Origin: Octopus sinensis
Lineage: Eukaryota
DNA length: 64,000 nt
NCBI RefSeq assembly: GCF_006345805.1
Contig: NC_043002.1
Span: 58,776,001-58,840,000, forward strand
Direction of reading: 5' to 3'
Part shown: one piece after another, positions 40,267 through 52,640 of the stretch
Layout of the letters: every line of letters starts with the position of its first letter
Position numbering within the stretch: position 1 is the stretch's first letter
Notes under the pieces: generated by a model
Seen by the model: only the letters and a program-made list of their open reading frames with translations
What the model was told of the DNA's origin: nothing
The model's database searches: none
Program-made: the position numbers and the translations under genes

Positions 40267-40559
40267 GTAGTAGTAGTAGTAGAAGTAGTAGTAATCCAGT
40301 GCTCAACTGGTACTTAATTTATCCAAACTCAGTACATAAAACTAGAAGAAATGCCATTGAACATTTCGTCTGGCACTGAAATAGTTTTGCCAATTCACCA
40401 CCTAATAAGAATAATAATGATAATAATAGTCTACTGATGAGATTTACTCATTATTTTAATAACAGAGTGTTAAGAGCAACTTTTCCCACCGTGGGCAATA
40501 TCAAGAAATATGGCACAATAAACTTTGCTTGCGAAGACCTATTGAGGCAAGTGAAATCA

Positions 40560-41045
40560 AATCAAATCAAAATTGCTGACATGGCCAATGACAGTACCAC
40601 CTGATTGGCATGCGTGCCAGTGGAACATTAAAAGCACATCAATGTGATCAATGCCAGGGCTACGGATTGGCTCCCATGCTGGTGGCATGTAAAAAGCAAC
40701 ATTCAAGCGTGATTGTTGCCAGTGTCACCTTACTGGCACATGTGCTGGTGGCACATGAAAAACAACTTTCAAGCATGGTCGTTGCCAGGGCTGCCAGACT
40801 GGCTCTCATGCAGGTAGCATGTAAAAAAAACACCTTTTGAGCGTGGTCATTGCCAGAATTGCCTGACTGGCCCTCATGCCAGTCACATGTAAAAGCACCC
40901 AGTACACTCTCGGAGTGGTTGGCATTAAGAAGGGCATCCGGCTGTAGATCAGATTGGAGCCTGGTGCAGCCTTCTGGCTCACCAGTCCTCAGTCAAACGT
41001 CCAACCCATGCCAACATGGAAAGCGGATGTTAAATGATGATGATC
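40560..41045 (+). mobile_element. SINE-like family C, long form
   Basis: Several gtggcatgtaaaaagca subrepeats, core ggttggcattaagaagggcatccggctgta and (GAT)n end. Confidence 0.8.
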
Positions 41046-41450
41046 ACACAACACACACACATATATACAGTAATTATATTTTTAATGAATTTCTTGGTGT
41101 TTATACAAAATGGTGAATTGAAGACAAATTTTCAAAATAAAAATATTTATTACCTTAAAATTAAATTAAAACAAATTTCTCATTTATATATCTGCAATAA
41201 ATGTATGTCATAATTTCTCTAAATTTTATCAATAAATTTGCAGTCTACTCAATCAAAAACCTATCACTGCAAAATTTCATTAAAAATTTGTATATTTTTC
41301 AGAAGTATACAAGACACTCATTCTGCACCTCCTATGTTATCTCCCTCTCTCTATCTCTCTGTCTTTATGACCTAAAGTGCCACTGAGGAATCAACCAACC
41401 AACTAGCAGTTATATTGGTTATTATTAGATAGACATCAGCATCAGTTTCC

Positions 41451-41491
<41 letters not shown>

Positions 41492-41493
<2 letters not shown>

Positions 41494-41841
41494 TAGGAAA
41501 AGAAAGCAAACGATGCTGGATCATAGATATAGCATGCCCAGTTGACAACAAGGTATGCGATAAGGAAGAAAAGTCAATAAATATGACAGGTTAGCTTGGA
41601 AGGTTAAGCAGTTGTGGTCGCTGAAAAAGGAGGTAGTCGGAGCCTTGGGAACAGTAAGCAAAAATCTTGAGAAGCACATGGAACAAATAAGGGCTGGAAT
41701 AAGTGTGGAGTACTTGTAGAAAACAGCACTGCTTGGAACTGCTCGAATACTCCGGAGGGTGTTCGAAAAATAAGGAGTGCTACCTTAGTTCACTGGTAGT
41801 GAACTGTATTACATCTCCAGCATTAGAAGCTGTGCAAAGAC
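41492..41841 (+). mobile_element. 3' fragment of a restriction-like-endonuclease (RLE) non-LTR retrotransposon (R4/Dong- or NeSL-like)
   Basis: CWIIDIACPVDNKV...NKYDRL...VGALG...L*KTALLGTARILRRV* with one frameshift and one stop; flanked by (AAT)n on both sides. Confidence 0.82.
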
Positions 41842-41849
41842 AATAAATA

Positions 41850-42261
41850 ATAATGGCTTCAAATTTTACCACAAGAGCAGCAGCTTTGGGAGAAGAGACT
41901 AGTCGATTACATCGAGCTCGGTGATTCACTAGTACTTAATTTATTGACCCCGAAAGGATGAAAGGCAAAGTCGACCTCGGCAGAATTTTAACTCAGAACA
42001 GTGCGACAGGCAAAATACTGCTAAGTATTTCTTCTGGTGTGCTAACGACTCTGCCAGCTCACCACCTTAATAATGATAATAATAACAATGCTAAATCAAT
42101 GATACTGACTTCAGTGCTCAGGTGGTATTTATTTTATCGATCCTGGGAGAATGAAATGGAAAGTCAACCTCAGTGGAATTTAAACTCAGAACATAAAGAG
42201 CCTGAGGAGCTGCCACTAAGCATTTTGTCCAGTGTGCGAACAATTATGTCAGCTTGCTGCC

Positions 42262-42293
<32 letters not shown>

Positions 42294-42506
42294 CCTTTCT
42301 ACTATAGGCACAAGGCCTGAAATCTGGGGGAGGGGGATAGTCGATTACATCAACCCCAATGTTTCACTGGTACTTAATTTATCGACCCCAAAATGATGAA
42401 AGGCAAAGTCAACCTCAGCGGTATTTGAACTCAGAATGTAGCAATGGGCAAAATACCATGAAGTATTTTGACCAGTGTGCTAATGATTCTGCCAGCTCAC
42501 AGAATA

Positions 42507-42549
<43 letters not shown>

Positions 42550-43340
42550 CCTTTCTACTATAGGCACAAAGCTTGAAACTTTGGGGGTGGGAGCTAGTTG
42601 ATTACATCGACCTCAGTGTGTAACTGGTACTTTCAATTGTTTCTGAAAGAACAAAAGGCAAAGTCAACCTCGGCGGAATTTGAACTCAGAACATAAAGAT
42701 ACACAAAATCTGCCACACCTCCATCTTAATAATAATAATCCTTTCTACTATAGGCACAAGGCCTGAAATTTTGAGGCAGAAGGGTAGTTGATCATATCAA
42801 CCCCAGTACCTGACTGGTACTTAATTTATCGACCCTGAAAGGAAGAAAAGCAAAGTTTGACCTCAGCAGAATTTGAACTCAGAATGTAAAGACAGACGGA
42901 ACGCTGCAAAGCATTTTGCTCAGCATGCTAACGATTCTGCCACCTTCATAATAACAATGCTTTCTATTGGAGGCACAAAGCCTCAAATTAATTTATTGAC
43001 CCCAAAGGGATGAAAGGCAGAGTCAACCTTGGTAGAATTTGAACTCAGATTGTAGCGGCAGACGAAATACCACTAAGCATTTCGCTCCTTCATGCTGATG
43101 ATTCTTATTTCTTTATTGCCCCCAAGGGGCTAAACATAGAGGGGACAAACAAGGACAGACAAAGGGACTCAGTCAATTACATCGACCCCAGTGCATAACT
43201 GGTACTTAATTTATCAACCCCAAAAGGATGAAAGGCAAAGTCAACTTCAGCAGAATTTGAACTCAGAATGTTAAAGACAGACAAAATACTGCTAAGCATT
43301 TCGCCTGGCGTGCTAACGTTTCTGCCAGCTTGCCACCTTC
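41850..43340 (-). mobile_element. Head-to-tail array of about 7 Nin/Deu-core SINEs
   Basis: Recurrent gaccc(c)gaaaggatgaaaggcaaagtcgacctcggcggaatttgaactcagaa units, mostly separated by (AAT)n. Confidence 0.85.
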
Positions 43341-44419
43341 ATAATAATAATGATAACAGTAATAAATAGGAAGATGTAAAGTGCAACAAATGGTAGAGTA
43401 GTGGACTAAATACTGTATCAATATTTATGTTTTTACCCTTTCTATGTTCTGAGTTCAAACCCTGCATTCACAGACTTTACTTTTCATCTCTCTGGAGTTG
43501 ATAAAATAGATGTACTATTTATATTGGAACTGATTCAATATCATCCTACATCTGATGGCCTTCTGCCAAATGTGGAACATCATCATTATTATTATTATTA
43601 TTATTATTGGAAGAATGGCCAGTGTGAAAGGACCAATTCTGAGCATGCACCTGTAGAAAAAAAGGGGGCTCTTGCCCTGTTGTTCAGGCACCTGTGGCTT
43701 TCGTGGATTTTTCTACCTGGACCTCAAAGTGACTCCCCTACAGGGAGTTTAATTTCTTTAATTTTTAACAGTTATTTATATTGTATACATGCGAAAACCC
43801 ATTGTATCATCTTGTTTTTGTTTTTTATCTTGTTGCATGTCAATTAATGTTTTGTATATGACCCCTGTTGGCTAATAAAAAAAATTAATTATTATTAGTA
43901 GTAGTAGTAGTAGTATCCATCATCATCATTGAAAAATGATACTGATATTAAAATAATGAACAAATCTTGTTACTAGATGCTGGCAAAGAGGACTGCAACT
44001 ATTAGCATACTTAAGTAAAAGAGCAACCAGCAGCAACGAAATGTTGTCTACAACACAAACCATTTCAAATAGCTTTATCAGTGGTTCCTAAACGGTGTTC
44101 TCTAGGGAAATACTGGTAACTATACAGCAGGCTTGTCTGACCTGCATTAAGAAAAATGAGGACAGTTTCTATTTATTGTCTAGCTAATAACATAAAAATA
44201 TATCCATTTGGATAATATTAATGATATTGTAAAACCACATTCACTTACATTCATTTAACCATATAATGACGAAATTATCAAAGTGCAAAAGAAAAGTAAA
44301 TATTTGTTGGTCTTTTTTTTTTGTTTATTTAAGAAATGGGGTATGTTGATGTAATAAATTACACTTCCTTTATAAATACACACACACACACACACACACA
44401 TACATACATTTACATAAAT

Positions 44420-45205
44420 AGGTGCAGGCATGGCTGTGTGGTAAGAAGCTTGCTTTCCAACTGCAAGGTTCTGGGTTCAGTCCCACTGCATGGCACCTTG
44501 GGCAAGTGTCTTCTACTATAGCCTTGGTCCAACTGAAGCCTTGTAAGTGGATTTGGTAGACGGAAACTGAAAGAAGCCCACTGTACCTATTGAGTCAAGT
44601 ACATCATCATCAATATCAAAATCAAATCAAATGGAAATTGTATTTGTGACCTCTGTGCCAGTAGCACGTAAAAAGCACCATTTGAATGTGGCCGATACCA
44701 GTGGTGCTTTGACTGGCTTCCGTGCCGGTGGCATGTAAAAAGCACTATCCGATCATGGTCAATGCCAACTCCTCTGGCTCCTGTGCCGGTGGCATCCAAA
44801 AAGCACCCACTACATTCTCGGAGTGGTTGGGTTTAGGAAGGCATCCAGCTGTAGAAACACTGCCAGATCAGATTGGGGCCTGGTGCAGCCTCCTGGCTTC
44901 CCAGACCCCAGTCGAACCGTCCAACCCATGCCAGCATGGAAAACAGACGTTAAACGATGATGATGATGATGATGCCTACTAACATATATATGCTTGTTTG
45001 TCTGTGTTTGTCCCCACCACCATCGCCTGACAACCGATGTTGGTATGTTTGCATGCCTGTAACTTAGCGGTTCAGCAAAAGAAACTGATATAATAAGTAC
45101 TAGGCTTACAAAAAAATAAGTCATGGGGTTGATTTGTTTGACTAAAGGCAGTATTCCAGCATGGCCACAGTCAAATGACTGAAACAAAGTAAAAGAATAA
45201 AAGAA
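44420..45205 (+). mobile_element. SINE family A with a nested family C copy (about 44590-44975)
   Basis: Family A head ends at aagaagccc. Family C runs to (GAT)n. Family A resumes at gtttgtctgtgtttgtcccc. Confidence 0.8.
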
Positions 45206-45431
45206 TACATACATGGCCTTGTTTATCAATATAGCGTACATATTTCCATGCTTGCATGGGTCAAACAGAACCTGTCAAGGCAGATGTTCTGTGATCAGTT
45301 ACCTTTCCTGCTGCTAACCCTTACCTGTTTCTAGGTAAGATAATATTTCCCCCATGGAAGTAACCCATGTGCATTACCCCTCTGCTACTCAACCTCCTCA
45401 CACACACATAAGCAAACATATATATATATAT

Positions 45432-45635
45432 ATCATCATCATCATCATCATCGTTTAACGTCCGTTCTCCATGCTAGCATGGGTTGGACGGTTCGACCGG
45501 GGATCTGGGAAGCCAGAAGGCTGCACCAGGCTCCGGTCTTATCTGACAATGTTTCTACAGCTGGATGCCCTTCCTAACGCCAACCACTCCGTGAGTGTAG
45601 TGGGTGCTTTTTACGTGCCACCTGCACTGGTGCCA
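45432..45635 (-). mobile_element. SINE-like family C
   Basis: (CAT)n-cgtttaacgtccg...ggatgcccttcctaacgccaaccactcc. Confidence 0.85.
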
Positions 45636-45714
45636 AATATATAAACAACAGACTTCTTTTAGTTTCTGTTAGCTAAATCCATTCACAAGGCTTTGGTCAG
45701 CCTGGAGTTATACT

Positions 45715-46095
45715 ACAAGGCCTCCGTGTTGAGTCTGAGGCAATGCGAGGAGATGAATGAAGGCATAACGTTGCCATCACAAGTGATCTCACCAAACACC
45801 ATAATGTTGACTGGATGTTTGATTTTAATCACTCTCAGTACATATACTCACTTTGCACTGTCCTCAGGATTGACACCCAAACACTATGAAATGTTCATAT
45901 TGGAGCTTCTGGCACAAACAGCAAGCAGTACATGCTTCCAAATTTCCATCATAGTGAATTGCGTCAAGGTGCCGTTTTTCTCATAGACAGTGCTCAACTG
46001 ACCCTACTATGCTGTGTAGTCGACAAAATCAAAATCCAAACACCGTGCACGCTCGAAATAAAAAATATAAAATGGCAACAATCTACCCTTCGTAC
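45715..46095 (-). mobile_element. Internally deleted Tc1/mariner transposase remnant
   Basis: Reverse: TQFTMMEIWKHVLLAV...NIS*CLGVN joined to IKIKHPVNIMVFG.ITCDGNVMP (mariner-type catalytic-domain segment). Confidence 0.7.
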
Positions 46096-47012
46096 ACTAT
46101 ATGTATGTATATAGATAGATAACTATATGATACGATATATATGTATGTACATACATACACATTTATGTACATACACACATGCAAACGTGCATACATACAT
46201 ATAAATACATTCAGGATGAGACATATAATTAATTTTAATGTGGTTAATGATTGATTTGAACAGCAGGCATGGGGAGTAGTAACTGGAGTGTAAATCCAAC
46301 ATAAGAAAGGTAGGAGAATTACAGTGGGCAGGGTCTGGGGAGGAAGGATGTGTAAGTAATAGGGGGAGGTGGGGTTTCACTTGCCTCATAAAATTTTTGG
46401 AATTGTAAACACTAAAAACCAGAAATAATCATGACAGCACCAACAGACAAAAACTTAAAGGGTTTTCAGTAAGGCAAGGCAAGATGGCATGGTTAAATTT
46501 CAGTGACATTACGCTTGTAATGAAGGCTATTTAGTAAAACTATCCAAGTAGATTAGCTAGAAAGGAAGAAAAAAAGAAAGAAAGAAGGAAAGAAAAGAAG
46601 GAAGGAAGGAAGGAAGGAAGGAAGGAAGGAAGGAAGGAAGAAAGAAAGAAGGAAAGAAGAAGGAAAGAAAGAAAGGAAGGAAGGAAGGAAAGAAAGAAGG
46701 AATATGAAATAACTGTCATGGTTGTAATTGTTAGAATAAGCATAAATAATTGATGGCGAGGTGCCGAGGTAAGCAGTGAAGAATATTTGGCAATAATTTG
46801 GGAATTTGATACATGCCACAACAGTTCTGAGTTCGTGTGTGTGTGTGTGAATGGTGTAAATCTAGATGTGTGTGATGTGTGTAGTACATATGCACACACA
46901 CACACACTAATAAAGTACTTTTGTTATTCAATAATTTTCTACTCACCAGTTTTAAAATGATGCCTTACACACACATGCATATGTGCATGTGTGTATGTAT
47001 GTATGTTGTTCT

Positions 47013-47053
<41 letters not shown>

Positions 47054-47118
47054 TATATACATACACAGTAATTTGAGAAAAAACTAAGTAGATTGTCAAC
47101 ATAGTGATATAACGAACT

Positions 47119-47161
<43 letters not shown>

Positions 47162-47494
47162 ATCATCATTACCATTTAATGTTCCTTTTCCATGTTGGCA
47201 TAGGTTGTTCAGTTTAGCAGGAGTTGAAAAGCCAGAAGACTACATGAAGCTCCAACATCTGCTTCGACATGGTTTCTACAGTTGTATGTCTTGCCTAACA
47301 CCAGCCATCGTATAGTAAGTATACTGGGTATTAAAAGCCACTGGGCTTATTAAAAATAACTAAAGTAACAGGAGTTGTATTAAGACCAAAGGGTAAAATT
47401 TATCACTACTTAAAAGAAACACTAGTGGCTGATTAGACTGTGATTTTATATATATTGCTAGCAGGACAATTACTATTTCCAGCAGCCAGGTATC

Positions 47495-47539
47495 TACCAT
47501 TGACAAGGCCAAAGAAGGCCGAAATCATGTGATTTGATA
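47495..47539 (+). ncRNA. Decayed type-I hammerhead motif in a probable Penelope-like terminal-repeat fragment
   Basis: tacca-ttgacaa-GGCC aaagaa GGCC-GAA-atcatgtgat-t-tgata. The core differs from CTGACGA by two transitions. Confidence 0.55.
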
Positions 47540-48569
47540 ATCTTAGCAGCAGAGATGACTGTGATTCTCTCTTGCTAGCAATGTCAACAAGAGTGCTCAT
47601 ATGCACCAGCAGACCATATGAGAGGTTCTCTCATGGCAGATATAACACAACATCCAATTTTAAGTGGGGATAAATTTTACTTTTTGGTGTTAATACTGCT
47701 TCTGTCACTTTAATTATATACATGCGTGTGTCTGTGTCTTCGAGTCAGTGTTTGTCTTTCGCTACCACTTGACAATAAGTGTTGGTGTGTTTATGTCCTC
47801 TTAACTTAGCAGTTCAGCAAAAGAGGCTGGTAGAATAAGTACCAGGCTTTAAAAAAAAAGTACTGGAATTGATTGATTCAACTAAAAATTTTTCAAGGCA
47901 GTGCCCCAACATGGCCACAGACTGAAACAAATACAAAATAAAAGAAACAACCAATGTAAATCTGCTCATTATGCCCCAGCATGGCTGCGGCCTTTGGGCT
48001 AAAACATTTTTAAGGATTTAAGGATTTAAACTAAAAGTTTGGGTGAGAAATCTTATCAGTTACCAGATTAATACCATTGTCTGGTTCTTGAGTGTCTTTG
48101 GCAGAATCCATTCTGTTGCAAGAATTCAGACAAGGTTTCCAGTCTAAAGACAACTTGATATAATGATACGGTGCTTGCTACAGCACCTCCTTGTGCCTTA
48201 TAACATGGTTTGTTAAAGAGTAGAGGTTCGTTTATTTATTTGTACATTTTACGTCCATAAAGTGAACCAACAAACAAAGCATTGTTTTACAGATGGATGC
48301 TTTTCCTGTTGCTAACAATTAACTGTTTTTCGAATGAGGGATCATATTTCATATTTCATCAAAGGTGCAAAGCAAGCGGATGATTTCTTGACAGGAAAGA
48401 TGACAACAACACTGCTCCTACTGAGTGGCTTCCATGGAGTGTAAAGGTGAATATAAACACACACACGCACATAGATGTATCACCTGGCTCACAGCCACTT
48501 CCCCCAGACCCACTCCCTCTTTCAGCTGTGGGATCCTTGTCTTGCAAGCTACTTGGTGACCCCACTGGT

Positions 48570-48870
48570 ACCATGTAAAAAGCACCTGTACTGGTAACAA
48601 CATAAAAAGCACCTGTACTGGCACCACGTAAAAAGCACATTACTGGTACCACATAAAAAGCACTTGTTCTGGTACCACATAAAAAGCACCTGTGCTGGTG
48701 CCACGTAAAAAGCACCTGTACTGGTGCCACATAAAAAGCACCTGTATTGGTGCCACATAAAAAAGCACCTGTGCTGGTGCCAAATAAAAAGCACCTGTAC
48801 TGGTACCACATAAAAAGCACCTGTACTGGTACCACATAAAAAGCACCTGTACCGGTGCCATGTAAAAAGC
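48570..48870 (+). repeat. Minisatellite, about 26-bp unit cctgtactggtaccacataaaaagca, about 11 copies, inside a family C-related element
   Basis: Continues into the family C core and (GAT)n tail at about 48900-49075. Confidence 0.9.
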
Positions 48871-49196
48871 AATGGTGCTGGGTAAAAAACACTTGTTGAA
48901 AGCTATGTTGAAAGCATCCAGTACACTCTTTAAAGTGATTGGCACAAGGAAGGGTATCCAGCCATAGAAACTGTGTCAAAGCAGACAAATGGAGCCTGAT
49001 GTAGCTCCAGTTTGTCAGCAGCTGTTGAACCATCAAACTCATGCCAGCATGGAAAGCAGACATTAAATGATGATGATTAATAATATAATCTTAGGCTGGT
49101 AGACTTTATTTTTAATAACATTCAGCTCAATTGACTACACAAAGAACTCTTCTTTCATTTTTACTTTTCTATGGAAACTTTCGACAATAGCTATAT

Positions 49197-49345
49197 ACAG
49201 GGTGTGGTGAATAAATTGTTGTCTAAATTACACAAAAATGAAAATAATACTGACATCTCATTTTAACAGATATATTTACCAAAATTACATTAAAATATTT
49301 TGAAATACTAAGGAGTAAATTTATTCAATAAAAGCGCCAACATGT
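49197..49345 (-). mobile_element. Terminal fragment of a Tc1/mariner element
   Basis: TA-cagggtgtggtgaataaattgttgtctaaatt TIR-like end after a TA target. Confidence 0.55.
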
Positions 49346-49596
49346 GTAAATTGACAATGATTGAAACAGTGGCAGCACAGTCATGAGCGATGAATTGACT
49401 TCTTTAAACCAAGCCATAGAAATATAATTCTTTTGATGCATTATTCTCAATGGATTTAAAAAATAATATAAGACCTATTCTTTTTCCAAAGACAAAACAA
49501 ATATAACAAATCTAACGCCCTTCCTCCCTCCCTCCCTCACACACATACTTTATGGTATAGTTTATGACTTAATTCTGTACAAGAATATATATATAT

Positions 49597-49863
49597 ACAT
49601 TATTTACATTTGACGGATATTTGTCATTATCTTGTTTGTTGTTAGCATAACGTTTCAGTTGATATACCCTCCAGCCTTCATCAGGTGTCTTGGGGAAATT
49701 TTGAACCTGGCTTCTCATTCCTAAGATATTTTTTGATGTTGTTGTTATTATTATTATTATTATTACTATTATTATTATTATTATTATTCAGGTCACTGCC
49801 TGGAATCGAACTCGGAATCTTGGGGTTAATAGCCCATGCTCTTAACCACTATGCCATATGCCC
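49597..49863 (-). mobile_element. Hammerhead-tailed tRNA-SINE (family H) with an inverted terminal piece at 49864-49912
   Basis: Head tggcatagtgg (A box) and gagttcgattcca (B box); hammerhead-like block at 49644-49689. Confidence 0.85.
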
Positions 49864-51552
49864 ATCAAATGTAAATAATGTACATAATTCCTCATCTCTT
49901 AAATATAGAACTGAAGAATATATATATTCAGCCTTGCTGTAAACCAGTTCTGGGAGGATAATGAACTCTGCTATTTTAAATCAATATGTAAGAGGACTTG
50001 ACGAAGTACTGTCAGGTATTTAATCATTTGATCAAACAACTCTGATCACCTCTGCCCTTCCATATACATTCACATCTCCAACACCATCTATTTCTCTTTA
50101 TCTTTCTCCCTATCTTTTTCCCACCTTCCTTGTCCTACTGGGGTAGCTGAGTATCTCCTCTATAATAAGACAGCTTTGTCTGTCTCTCTGTCATACACTA
50201 GCCTCTCACCTGTTCCATTCTTTCTCTCAACCAAGAGGTCTTTGTTTTGCAAGTTACTCAGTGACCCCACCAGTGCTAGTGCTGGTGCCATGTAAAAAGG
50301 GTCTGTGCTGATGCTATATAAAAAAGTACCCAGAACTATCTGTAAAGTCGTTGGCATTTTAGGAAGGGTAACTGGCTGTAGAAACCAAACCAAAACAGAC
50401 AACTGGAGTATGCAGCAGCTCTCCAGCTTGCTAGCTCCAGTCAAAAATGTCCAACCCATGCCAGCATGGAAAAGAGATGTTAAATGAAGATGATGAGGAT
50501 ATAATGAAATAAAACAGAAAACTATTTTCATATGTCACTGTACCATGAAAGAGAAAGATAAAATTGGGATAAAGCCCTATAAATTTCCATGTTGGAGTTA
50601 AGGAAAGAGTGGTGAGGATTTGTTGGCTCAAAAGAATACAGGAGAAGAGTGGTGAGGTGGGTGTAAATAAGGAACAAACTGAGTCTGTTTTAATGTGTTT
50701 AAAGAAGGAACTATGATGAGATTAAGGTTGCAGATAGTGGGCCTCTAAAGGCTGAAGCTTGAGACGAGTGACAATATACTGTATTGTAATGTGTCTAACC
50801 CACAACAACAAAGAATGAACATTAAGACATTGGTGATGATGGTGGTGGTGATGTTGATGATGTTTGTGGCAGTAGGGGTGATAATGATGATGGTTGTGAT
50901 GGTGGTAATAGTGGTGATGATGATGATGGTGGTTGTGATGAAGCTGATGATTGTGGTGGTGGTGGTGACGACAACAATGATGGTGGTGTTCACGACAATG
51001 ATGATGGTGCAGATGATGATAGTGATAATAAAAATAGAAAAACACTAGATAAGACTCAGTCATGCATCCTTGAATCCACATTATATTAACTCTGTTATTC
51101 ATTTATTCACCGTTACTATTATTAACTCTATACTTTGTTTTGTTATTTTATTTAACATTTTTCTCAAAAACTCGCTACATTTTCCACAAACTTTGCTTAA
51201 CTTACTTGGTAAGCCTTCATTCAGAACAGTAACAGGACAGTTACTATTTTGAAGTTTTAACTGACAGAAATAGTTCAAAGCGAAATAAAATCTACAAAAA
51301 AGCAAACTAAAAGTCAGCTCTAAGTACTCACTGTTGTTTGAGATGTAATGATTTGTGCCTGGTTAGAGATTAAGCAGAAACAGAGTAAATAGTAGACTGA
51401 TGGCTCTCAACTAAGGTCCGTAGGACCTTTGGGAGTTCACATAAGATTTTGTGGTTAAAATTTATGTGTGATAAACTGGTTGTACTTCCACAATAGAAAA
51501 AATATTTTAACAACCTTTTTTTATATATTTCCTAATAATAGTTGACTACAAG

Positions 51553-51977
51553 CAGTGGCGGACTGGGTCTAAAAACATTGGTAGCTAGGAGACTAAGGGG
51601 GCCCACCTGCAACTACAAGGGGGCCCGCCCACAACTACTAGGGTGCCCACCTGCTACTACAAAGGAGCCCACCTGCAACTACAAAGGGGGCCCATCCGCA
51701 ACTACAAGGAGGCCCACACACAACTACAAGGGGGTGCTCACCCACAACAACAATGCTATCATTTACTTTTTTTTTGTTAAAAATATTCTTTACAACTGTC
51801 TACAAACACAGCCAGGCTGAAATAACCAATGCATTCTTCCAGGAGTGAATAAAAAAATTCTCAAACTTGAGGGGGTGGGCCCCTTAGATACTAACATGGG
51901 GCCCCACATATGGATTCTTATGATGCAGGAGCCCACTTAGCATTGGGCAAGCTGGCAACCTGGCCAGTCTGCCACTG
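51553..51977. mobile_element. hAT-type MITE carrying a 22-24 bp internal tandem array
   Basis: TIR cagtggcggactgg / ccagtctgccactg; 8-bp TSD actacaag / attacaat (6/8); about 6-7 units of gggcccacctgcaactacaagg. Confidence 0.75.
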
Positions 51978-52261
51978 ATTACAATTACTGAGCAAAATAG
52001 GAATCATAGGGGTCCATAGGTAAAAAATGGTTGAGAACCACTGGTGGAGACTAATAATGATGCATGTATGTGTGCGTGCATGTATATGAATATATGAGAT
52101 GGAGAGAGAGTGTCCCATAACCAGGGGGTCCTTAACCAATGGGTCATGGAACATTTGATCCCAAGTTGCACAGAAAGAATAAATTTGTAAATTTTATTTC
52201 TATTTTATTGATTACTGTAGTCTACAGGATTATTTTTTTTTTTTGCATTATATATATGTAT

Positions 52262-52640
52262 TACATCATTATCATCGTTTAACGCCCGTTTTCCATGCTG
52301 GCATGGGTTGGACAGTTTGACTGGGGACTGGAGAGCCAGTGGCTGCACCAGGCTCCAATCTTGTCTGGCAATGTATCTCCAGTTGGGTGCCCTTCCTAAT
52401 GCCAACCATCCTGAGAGCGTAATGGGAGCTTTTTATGTGCCACCAGCACAGGAGCCAGTCAGGCGACACTGGCATCAGCTACGTTCAGATGGTGCTTTTT
52501 ATGTGCTACCGGCACAGGAGCCAGTCGGGTGGGGGGCTAACATCAACTACATTTAGATGGTGCTTTTTATGTACCACCGGCATGGGGAGCCAGTCAGGCA
52601 GCACTGACAATGACCCACACATGAATGGTGCTTATTGCAT
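52262..52640 (-). mobile_element. SINE-like family C
   Basis: catcattatcatcgtttaacgccc...cccttcctaatgccaacc...gtgcttttt repeats. Confidence 0.8.

Noticed and set aside
45715-49345. Joining the mariner 5' remnant and the terminal fragment into one element
   Set aside because: If the 49197 piece is the 3' end, as I infer, its order on the minus strand is not colinear with the 5' remnant; treated as separate fragments.
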